Below, piece by piece: positions 1-8,900 of a stretch of 20,000 bases of DNA. The notes under the pieces are model-generated. The model was given only the letters and a program-made list of their open reading frames with translations, was not told where the DNA came from and searched no databases. The DNA is taken from IMG/VR virus record IMGVR_UViG_3300021087_000010; one strand, given 5' to 3'. The position numbers were made by a program, and so were the translations under genes. This DNA is from an uncultured virus (IMG/VR IMGVR_UViG_3300021087_000010) (Duplodnaviria > Heunggongvirae > Uroviricota > Caudoviricetes). Every line of letters begins with the position of its first letter. Position 1 is the first letter of the stretch.

Positions 1-152
1 TAGAGTATACAGAAGAGAACGCTTTACTATTAGTGGAGAATTCAAGCGAATTTGATAATTGGCTCAACGAGGTAGTCTTTGATTTAGAAAACTTTCGTAC
101 TAACTTCAAAGGAACAGATAAAGAAACGCCTCCAAGTATTCCTGCAAAATGA
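1..152 (+). CDS. Tail assembly chaperone, gpG-like (T5 p139-like); 5' end outside window
   Basis: Frame from position 3 reads EYTEENALLLVENSSEFDNWLNEVVFDLENFRTNFKGTDKETPPSIPAK, stop TGA at 150-152. Resembles the recalled C-terminus of the T5 chaperone (YSEENA...FDSW...VF.L.TFR); lies directly upstream of the second chaperone ORF and the TMP. Not in the ORF track. Confidence 0.8.
   Translation, partial: EYTEENALLLVENSSEFDNWLNEVVFDLENFRTNFKGTDKETPPSIPAK
90..98 (+). other. Candidate +1 programmed ribosomal frameshift site (AAC TTT CGT)
   Basis: TTT at 93-95 (frame 0) and TTC at 94-96 (+1 frame) both encode Phe. The +1 frame is open from 88 (after TAG 85-87) to TAA 484-486. Confidence 0.6.
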
Positions 153-162
153 TTCTATAGGA

Positions 163-486
163 ATGACCAAAGACCAGTATCTGCGAATGGTAGAGCAGAC
201 TGGTGAAGAGATAGATTGGGAAAAATGCCCTCCAGACTTGGAGGATTTTCCTAACTCTGTAATAGATGCTTTAAATATTTTCCATTCCTTAGGAAATAAG
301 GTATATCCAGAAATTGGGTTAATAGGAAAAGATTATACTAATACGAAGATACTATTTGAGCTTTATGGTATAAAAAAATACCAAAAGGATTGGATAATGG
401 AATTACTCTTATTTCTAGAAAATGAAACAGTAAATGAGTCACAGCGTAAATTAAAAGCTGAATATGACAAGATAAAAAGAAAATAA
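163..486 (+). CDS. Tail assembly chaperone C-terminal part, gpT-like (T5 p138-like); probably made as a frameshift fusion, frame open from 88
   Basis: MTKDQYLRM...PPDLEDFP...IGKD...LFELYGI resembles recalled T5 p138 (MTKQQYLML...PVELEDFP...IGKD...LFDIYGI). Lies just before the TMP; the AGGA abuts the ATG, so there is no properly spaced RBS. Confidence 0.82.
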   Translation: MTKDQYLRMVEQTGEEIDWEKCPPDLEDFPNSVIDALNIFHSLGNKVYPEIGLIGKDYTNTKILFELYGIKKYQKDWIMELLLFLENETVNESQRKLKAEYDKIKRK

Positions 487-3400
487 ATGGCAGATAAAAT
501 TATATTTGAGGTAATCGCTACCGCTAAGGGAGTTAAGGTTGTACAACAACAAACTGACAAACTAGCTAAGTCTACTGATAAAGCAGATAAGAGTACAAAG
601 AAACTCGATAAATCCCGTGACGCATATAACCGTCGTGAAAAAGGTGCTGCAAATATATCTTCCAATTCTACCAAAAACTTCTCTAAAATGCAACAAGGCA
701 TTGACGGGGGAGGCGGGTCAGGTGGGCTGGTTCGTGCTTACGCATTACTAGCCGCTAACGTATTTGCCTTAACAGCAGCTTTCGGAGTTCTTTCGAGATC
801 TGCACAAATTGACACCTTAACTCAATCAATGGAAGTATTGAGTACTACAGGTGGAATATATATTAAAAATCTAGCTAAAGAGATGCAAATAGCTTCAGGT
901 GGAGCAATCGATCTTGCACAAGCTTTTAGCCAGGTATCTTTAGCATCGAGTGCAGGACTTAGTACTACGGAAATTGAAGGATTAACTAAAGTTGCAAAAG
1001 GTGCAGCAATCTCATTAGGTAGAAACTTACCAGACGCTATGGATAGAATATTCCGTGGTGCAATCAAACTCGAGCCAGAAATACTAGACGAAATTGGACT
1101 TTTTATTCGTGTAGATGAAGCTGCTCAAAAATTCGCAAGAAATAATGGTAAAGTTGTTTCATCACTCTCACAAGTAGAAAAAAGACAGGCTTTCTTAAAT
1201 GAAATACTTGAACAAGGGGGTAAAAAGTTTGCCGTATACGCTGAGACTATTCAGCCTGACGCATTTGTAAGAATTGCAGCAGCTCTTGGAGATGTTGCTC
1301 AAACTGCTTTATCCTTAGTTAATAGAGCTTTTAATCCTTTGCTTAATATGTTAGCAGATTCAAAATCTGCTTTAACACTTGTATTTGGAGTAGTAGTATT
1401 TAGCCTATTAAAATTAGCAATACCTGCTATTGGTCAATTTAATCAAAAATTAGCTCAGAATGCTATACAAGCCAAAGAGAATGCAGATAAATATGTTGCA
1501 GGATTAAGAACTACTGCACAAGCACAATCAGACCATACCAAACACATACTGGCAGAAAAAAATAAAGTATTACAAGATGACTTTTCAGGTATAGAAACAG
1601 CTAAACAGTATGGGAGAGGATCTAAACAAGATAAAGCAGACCTTGCGGAAATGAACTCAACTACAGATAATATTAGAAAACAAGAATTAACGAAGAAGAG
1701 AATAGCTAAATTAGATAAACAGAAATTTTCAGAAGGAAGCAAATACAAAAGTATTGTAGACAAGGAACTAAAAGTTTTAAGGAAGCAGAAAAAGGTCTTA
1801 GATGAAATAGTACGAAATGAAAAAACAATAACTGCAGAAAACGAGAAACAACTAAAGGCAGATAAAAAATATCTTGCGGGAAGAAATCAGGAAAAATTAA
1901 TATCAAAAGCTGAAACAAGTGGAGCCGTGGCAGGCATATCAGGAACAGCTGAGATGTCAGGTATGAGTGCAGGTTTTAAAGACTTAGGAGATACACTAAA
2001 ACACGGAATAGTAGTTGAAGGTGAAGAAGGAAGAAAAAAATTAAAAGGTATGCAAAAGGCCACGGTAGCCTTAAAAGGCTCCGTAGGTATACTAGGTGTA
2101 GGATTTTCTAATCTTATGGCAATGATGGGACCTATTATGATAGCCTTTGGAGTACTTATGGCTTTAGGTGCTGGACTTGCAAAAATGCTTAAACTAAATA
2201 GTGAAGAATCAAAAGCTTTTGATGAAAGTCTTTCAGCCGCATCAGAGGCTTCTGAAAACCTTACTAAACGGTTTAAAACACAAACAGACCAACTAAATTC
2301 TGGACTATTAAGTTACATAGAGACTAATAATGCTCAACTTGCTTTTAATAAAGGAATGTCAGAAGCTAGTGAAAATACAATAAAAATGAATAAGTCACTT
2401 GAGGAATTCAAAAGAAATGCAAGCGACGGAGCTTTAGCATGGGAAAAGTTTAAAGCTATATTTGGATTAGATAGAGAGACCGAAGCTTTAGACCAACAAT
2501 TAAAAACAGTTAAAGAACAAATAGAAGGAATGGCTAGAGAGTCAGGAGCAGAGGGGGCAAAAGACTTTTTTAATATAAAAGGAGCAAAAGACTATGCTAT
2601 ATCTGTAGAAGAGTTACAACGCACAGAACAAAATTACGCTAAGGCTAAGAAAGATGCTATGGGCGACGAGATGTCTTTAAGTACAAGACAAACACAGATA
2701 CTAGAGGATTATAGGAAAGAGCAGCTGAGGGCTTCAGACGTGCATGGGCAACTCTTTAAAGATGCACTACACCAACATAGATTAAAAAAACTAGTAATAG
2801 CAGGCGAAAAAGAAGGTCTTAAGCTACCAATTTTTAAGGCTATTATAGAAAGAAGTAATGCTTTAAATCTTTTGAATGCCGCCTATAAAAGAGTAGTAGG
2901 ATCAACAGAACAACTAACCGATGTGCAAGAAAATTCTCTAGCTAAAAGTAAACCAGAAGCAGATAGATTAGCAATACTTAAATCTAACATTGACGGGGCT
3001 GCTGAAGCTATGGGGAAGTTTACCTCAAACTTTCAAACAAAAACCAAAGTAGATGATGTAGTAGCTTCATTTGATTCTATGTCAGCAAGTATTGTAGATA
3101 TGTCAGATGGCACAGAGAAAGGCGCTGAAAAGGTTAAAGACTTTTATAAATCTGTGGGAACTGAGAAAGACAATCCTTTTTCAAAGTTATTTAACGAAGA
3201 AGAACTAAAACAATTAGCAACAGGAAGTGGCGCAGTATGGGAGTCGTTAAGAGAACAAGTAGATCAATACAGACAATCTATTATAATGGCAGCAGCAAAA
3301 CAATCAGAATTAGCACGAGTAATAAAACAACTTAGTAAGTTTCAAGCTGGCGGTCAAGCTGTAAATGTCGCACGTTATACAGCTGAAGCTAAGTCTTTAA

Positions 3401-5259
3401 AAATCACTGCAGATCTTAAAAAGTCTGAGCATGAAATGATTCTAAGAAAGAATAATATGACTCAAGACCAATTAGATCAAGGTATAGACATAATAGAACA
3501 AGGTGGGACAATAAAAGAGATAGAAGATGCATTACTGAATAAAGGATTAAATAGAGCAGATGTATTAGCCGCAATGAAAACTAATACGATAGCAATAACT
3601 GCATCTGCAAAAGAGCTGGAAGCTACTGAAACCGCAACAGCAAAAGCAACTATAGATACTCTTAAAGCAAAACAAAAAATAGTAGCCGCACAAAAAGCAC
3701 TAACAGAATCTCAGCTTGCAGGATTCAAATTAGAACAGCAAGTACATGCCCTAGAAACTAGAGGTAGTGTTAAACTAGCTCCTAAAGAAGAAGCAGCAGC
3801 AGCTATAGAGTCTGCAAAGAAAAAGCTAGAAATGACAATAGCGGAAGCTAAAATTAAGATGTCTATTATTGATGCAGAAAGACAACTCCTTATGATAAGG
3901 GTTGCATTACTGACAGAGGAACAAGCTAAGGAAGCGGGCATTGATAAAGGAGCAATGATAAAAAATCTAAAAGCATTGGGAGATTTACAAAAAGCTACTT
4001 TATCACAAACTTTGACAAATGCTGCAGCGCAATTTAAACTTGATATGGGAAAAGCTGTATCAGACTCCTTCAAACACGGAATAACGAATGGCATAAGAAC
4101 AGGTGGAGAAGTATTAAAAGAGAAACTAGCTGAGATAGAGGAAAGAAGAAAAGAAGCGGTTGGGGCAGCTATAACGAAAAGTAACGAAGAAGGTGGAAGC
4201 CTCAGTGAGGGAATTAGTGCAGGACTTGCAGCATCTAAGCCATTTGATACAGAAACTGATGCTGCTAAAAAAGCAGCAGGCGTACAAATGATGAGAGAAG
4301 GCTTGGAGGGGTATGCTGCTGAATTAGCTAAGTTAGGTCCAGAAGGAGAACTTATAAGTAGCGTTATTCAAGGAGCTTACGCTATTTCAGATGCTTTCAA
4401 AGTATTAAGTGCAAGTGAATCAACTGGCATGGCTAAAGCGGCAGAGACAGCAGAATTTGCAGCACAAGCTTTACAACAAATAGGACAAATGATGGCTGCA
4501 AACTCTAAAGCTCAAGTTGCAGAAATAGATAATCAAATTAATGCTGAAAAGAAACGTGATGGAAAGTCAGCAGAATCCATGGCAAAAATAAAACAACTAG
4601 AAGCTAAAAAATTAGCAATGCAGAAAAAAGCATTTGAACAAAACAAAAAGATGCAAATGGCTACAACTATTGTAAGTACAGCTGCGTCTATTATGCAAGT
4701 AGCTGCTGATCCTAGTCTTGGTTGGTATGGCAAATTAGCAATGGGAATTATGTTTGCTGCAATGGGAGCGGCTCAACTTGCAATTATTTCTAAGACTAAG
4801 TTCCAAGGAGGAGCGGGTGAAGTCGAAAAACCAAAAATGACAGCTTTATCTATAGGAAAACGAGATAACAAAGTAGATGTTTCAAGAGGAGCTGCTGGTG
4901 GAGAAATGAGCTATCTCAGAGGTGGAAGAGGCGTAGGCTCAAATGCAAATGACTTTAGACCAACTGGTGGAGCTTATGGAATAAGAAGTTATGGGTATGC
5001 AGGAGAAGGAATACTAGTTGGAGAACAAGGACCAGAAGTAGTAACTCCAACACAACCAGTAGATGTACTAGCTACTGGAACAAACGGCGGGGCACAGAAT
5101 GTAAACTTTACAATTAATACAATAGACTCTCAAGGAGTTGCAGACTTCTTAGACACAAATCAAGGAGCTATTATACAAACAATCAGAGGAGCTGCAAACG
5201 GCTACGGAACAGGATTTTTAGAAGAAGTGGATACTACGGTACTCGCTCCAGGGGGTTAA
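487..5259 (+). CDS. Tail tape measure protein (T5 pb2-like), 1590 aa
   Basis: Long Ala/Lys/Glu-rich helical protein after the chaperones. Motifs shared with T5 pb2: YALLAANVFALTAAF, LDEIGLFIR, IDNQINAEKKRDGKS, LSIGKRDNKVDVS..AAGGEMSYLRG, VGEQGPEVVTP. Several hydrophobic segments. Confidence 0.93.
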   Translation: MADKIIFEVIATAKGVKVVQQQTDKLAKSTDKADKSTKKLDKSRDAYNRREKGAANISSNSTKNFSKMQQGIDGGGGSGGLVRAYALLAANVFALTAAFGVLSRSAQIDTLTQSMEVLSTTGGIYIKNLAKEMQIASGGAIDLAQAFSQVSLASSAGLSTTEIEGLTKVAKGAAISLGRNLPDAMDRIFRGAIKLEPEILDEIGLFIRVDEAAQKFARNNGKVVSSLSQVEKRQAFLNEILEQGGKKFAVYAETIQPDAFVRIAAALGDVAQTALSLVNRAFNPLLNMLADSKSALTLVFGVVVFSLLKLAIPAIGQFNQKLAQNAIQAKENADKYVAGLRTTAQAQSDHTKHILAEKNKVLQDDFSGIETAKQYGRGSKQDKADLAEMNSTTDNIRKQELTKKRIAKLDKQKFSEGSKYKSIVDKELKVLRKQKKVLDEIVRNEKTITAENEKQLKADKKYLAGRNQEKLISKAETSGAVAGISGTAEMSGMSAGFKDLGDTLKHGIVVEGEEGRKKLKGMQKATVALKGSVGILGVGFSNLMAMMGPIMIAFGVLMALGAGLAKMLKLNSEESKAFDESLSAASEASENLTKRFKTQTDQLNSGLLSYIETNNAQLAFNKGMSEASENTIKMNKSLEEFKRNASDGALAWEKFKAIFGLDRETEALDQQLKTVKEQIEGMARESGAEGAKDFFNIKGAKDYAISVEELQRTEQNYAKAKKDAMGDEMSLSTRQTQILEDYRKEQLRASDVHGQLFKDALHQHRLKKLVIAGEKEGLKLPIFKAIIERSNALNLLNAAYKRVVGSTEQLTDVQENSLAKSKPEADRLAILKSNIDGAAEAMGKFTSNFQTKTKVDDVVASFDSMSASIVDMSDGTEKGAEKVKDFYKSVGTEKDNPFSKLFNEEELKQLATGSGAVWESLREQVDQYRQSIIMAAAKQSELARVIKQLSKFQAGGQAVNVARYTAEAKSLKITADLKKSEHEMILRKNNMTQDQLDQGIDIIEQGGTIKEIEDALLNKGLNRADVLAAMKTNTIAITASAKELEATETATAKATIDTLKAKQKIVAAQKALTESQLAGFKLEQQVHALETRGSVKLAPKEEAAAAIESAKKKLEMTIAEAKIKMSIIDAERQLLMIRVALLTEEQAKEAGIDKGAMIKNLKALGDLQKATLSQTLTNAAAQFKLDMGKAVSDSFKHGITNGIRTGGEVLKEKLAEIEERRKEAVGAAITKSNEEGGSLSEGISAGLAASKPFDTETDAAKKAAGVQMMREGLEGYAAELAKLGPEGELISSVIQGAYAISDAFKVLSASESTGMAKAAETAEFAAQALQQIGQMMAANSKAQVAEIDNQINAEKKRDGKSAESMAKIKQLEAKKLAMQKKAFEQNKKMQMATTIVSTAASIMQVAADPSLGWYGKLAMGIMFAAMGAAQLAIISKTKFQGGAGEVEKPKMTALSIGKRDNKVDVSRGAAGGEMSYLRGGRGVGSNANDFRPTGGAYGIRSYGYAGEGILVGEQGPEVVTPTQPVDVLATGTNGGAQNVNFTINTIDSQGVADFLDTNQGAIIQTIRGAANGYGTGFLEEVDTTVLAPGG

Positions 5260-5262
5260 GAT

Positions 5263-5982
5263 ATGGGAGTTATAACACATTCAAATAGATTACCAGATCC
5301 TAACTATTCAATAGAGGAAACAGGAAAGGGAGGATCAGGAACGGTTGGACCGGGTTTTGCAACTGTAAAACTTGATTCAGTACAACCAACAGCAGTAAGT
5401 ATTACAAATAGTGGACGAGTAACTTCTCGTTCCATAGCAGCACATAGGTGGTCAATAAATATTACTTATAACCCAATGACTCGAGACCAATTCGAGCCCG
5501 TCTTTAATTTTCTTATGGAAAAAAGAGGACGATTAAAACCTTTTGAAGTCGTACTACCTCAGTATGCTGCACCAAGAACAACATTAGCACTTACTAGTGG
5601 TAGTAACATAATTGTAGATGGAGCAATTTTAGCAGGAGCACCTTACTTTAAAGCTGATAATCACAGTGCTACTACTACAGGAAATATGAGACCTGGAGAT
5701 ATGTTTACTTTTACTGATTCAGCAAATTCAAATCATAAGAAAGTATATAGAGTTACGAGTGTAACAAATAATACTAATTATCTAGATGGAGAACAACCAG
5801 CTGCAGATGAGAGATACTACTATGTAACTCCTTCAATAGAAAAAGCAGTTGCAGATAATGCAACACTTGTTACTACAAACCCAACTTTTAGAGTTATACA
5901 AAGTGGAGACACTCGTTCGTATTCTCTTGGAACAAACAATTTATACCAATTTGATCTAAGCCTAATCGAGGCTCAACCATAA
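5263..5982 (+). CDS. Distal tail protein (Dit, T5 pb9-like), 239 aa
   Basis: RLPDP..., GPGFATVKL, AHRWSINITY, VVLPQY, PGDMF, HKKVYRVT parallel recalled T5 pb9 motifs; lies between TMP and hub. Confidence 0.9.
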   Translation: MGVITHSNRLPDPNYSIEETGKGGSGTVGPGFATVKLDSVQPTAVSITNSGRVTSRSIAAHRWSINITYNPMTRDQFEPVFNFLMEKRGRLKPFEVVLPQYAAPRTTLALTSGSNIIVDGAILAGAPYFKADNHSATTTGNMRPGDMFTFTDSANSNHKKVYRVTSVTNNTNYLDGEQPAADERYYYVTPSIEKAVADNATLVTTNPTFRVIQSGDTRSYSLGTNNLYQFDLSLIEAQP

Positions 5983-8900
5983 TGTCAACAGAAAAAACTA
6001 TTAATAGTACCATTCGAACTAATCTTCTTAACAATGAAGATTTTCTTTATGCGCATCTAGTAAAATTTGAACGTCCTTTTCCTAAGGACTCAGATACTAA
6101 TACTTTTGGAACAGAAGCTAATAGATACGCTTACTACACTGATGGAAGCCATGATATATCATATGATGACGGTAGTGGTAATGGGGCTCAAGTTTATAGA
6201 GCAAATAGGATATTAAGTATAGGAAATTACTCGGAAACCACACAAGCTCGTGCCAGCCAAATGAACTTAACTCTTGCGGGAGAAGACTTAAAACCTGCCC
6301 TCACTATGACAGCAACTATAAGTAATGGAGGAATAGTAGCCCCAGTCCTAGGAAATGCTAATTTATATGAAGGGTACACTTTAGATTTTGTAGAAAAAGG
6401 TTTTAAAGAAGGAGACAGAATAAGATTCAAATCTAGTAGCATTGATAAAACTTTTATTATTGATAGCTTTTTAAGTAATAATACTGCCCTACAATTAGCT
6501 CGTACAGGTACTGATTCAAATGATGACGTTTTTAGTAATAGCGGAAATGGCCCTTGGACTATAACTCAAGAATCTGATGAAATAACGGCTCCTTTACAAG
6601 AAAGAGGAATAACTATATCAGGCACCTCAGCCGCTAGTCCGAACTTTATAAATAGAAGTGTAATGATTTATAAAGTATTTACAAACCCAGATACAGGCCT
6701 ACTTTGGGGTAGTACAGGTATTACTATATTTAAAGGAGTAATCCAAAATGTATCTATTGATGAAGCTTCTACAGGAGTAAAGGTTAAATGGGGGCTTACA
6801 AGTCATTGGGGAGATTGGCAACAAGTAGGGGGTAGATTAACTACTGATGAAATTCATAGAAATATTCAACCTAATGGTAGACCTGCTGAAGTGCAGCCTA
6901 TACGAAATGAATATGCAAGTGATTTAGGCTTTTTACATGCTGAAAGTTCTTTGAGTGCTATAGCAAACTATACTACTCAAGAAACTAGAACTAAGATGAA
7001 GGCAAAGAGAAGAGGGGGCATTGCTGGTCTTGCTGGTGGAAAGTATTACCTACAAATACCTTATCAAGTTGACATACAAAATGAAGTTGATTTAAATGTA
7101 CATTTACAAGGAAAATATCTTCCTGTAGTTTATGGTGTACAAAGAATAAATGGTAATCCAATATTTGCAGACACATTAAATAGTGATAGTAAAGTAATAT
7201 TTACAGCAGATGCTATCTGTGAAGGAGAAATTCATGGCTTATATAATATATACATAGATGATATCCCTTTAATATGTACTGATGATAATGACTACGACGT
7301 TAGAAAGGTAGGTGGAACAGACCAAGATAATACGCAACTCCAATGTTATGGTAGAATGTCTCATGGAGAGACTTTAATGGGGAAAGAAGGAGAACCAACC
7401 GAAATTAGCGGAGAACCAGTTGAATTTGATATTAATGATGAAGGTGAAATAGCTATTGCAAGATCATTAGCTGTAGGACCTTTTGGTATGAGCCCCAGAG
7501 TATCATCACTAATAAACGATTGGTGGAGTGGAGCAGGGGCACTATCTGCAGGTACAAATGGAGTTTTACATAGAAAAAGTTGGAGTATCGATGGCATACA
7601 TAAAATAGATTCTAGCTTTTTTAGTGGAAGAGCAAATCAACTAGCTTCTTCTATGTTATATAATCCAGCTCAACTTACAGATGGGATAGAAAGTGTGACA
7701 GTTACTAGTGGAGGTAGTGGTTATACTAGTAATCCAGATGTATTAATATCTGCTCCATCAGGAGGAGGGGTAACAGCAACAGCTGAAGTACAACGTAGAG
7801 GAAATGATAATGAAGGAAACGAAAGACTAGTTGCAACAATAAAAATAACAAATAAAGGTTCAGGGTATACAGATGCAGATACAGTAACAGTAACTATTGG
7901 AAGTGTTACTTCTGGTGGGGGTTCTGGAGCACGAGCAACTGCAAATCGAGGTGGGTATAAAAGACAAGTAGATTATTATGAAGGCTCAGAACCTTATTGG
8001 AGCTCCAATCATAGGTTGTTAGATACCGCATATTCAGCAACCCGTTTTGAAATTAGCCCAGATGCCACAGAAATACCTGAAATAGAGTATGTTGTTAAAG
8101 GGTCACTACTTGATTGTTATAATTATGATAATACTTATGTGCCTGATGAAGTTTTAAACCCAGCAAGCCCAGGAGATATTACAAGTAGAGCGGGTACGTT
8201 TAAAATAGGAGATGTGATAGCCGTTGAATACAGTACAGATGGGGTTAATTGGACTAATGATACTTCGGGGTTAAATGCAAACGGTAAGTTTAAAATAATT
8301 GATAAGTACGAATTTCAAACTAATAGACAAACAACTCAGTGGAAATTTGAGTTAGATTCTGCTCCAGCTTTAGCAGTTACAAATGGTGCTCCTGCAAGAA
8401 CTCATTTAAGGTTAAAGAATTCAAATAATGATTACTGGTACATGATAACATGGAACTATACTTTATGTACTGATAAAACTTTTCCTGATGAATGGAAGCA
8501 ACCACTGGCAACAGATGCTAATACAAAATGGAGAATAGTTAATAATAAATTAACTGGTACATTTTCAACAGCAGATGCAGTACTTCTAGGTAAAAATAGT
8601 ACTTATACTTCTTATCAATTCTATACAACTAGTACATCTGAATATATGCTAGATCTTAGTAATTATTTATTAACAGGCACATGGGCAGGAGATGTAGTTA
8701 CTATAGAACTCGCTAATTTATCTCTAGCAACTCCAACCGAAACATTAGCTGCAATGAATAGTGCTAGTACAGGATTAAAAATAAAAAATGGTAAAACATT
8801 TAAAATGACTGATTCTTCAATTACTGGAATAACAAATTCAAAAGAATTATTTAATACCTATGCTGATACTAACTTTGATAGTACAAACACAACTTATGTT

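Noticed and set aside
484..5265. Stop read-through fusions: chaperone-TMP (TAA ATG) and TMP-Dit (TAA GAT ATG) are in frame
   Set aside because: TAA is a strong stop and the T5 counterparts are separate proteins; the shared frame is likely chance.
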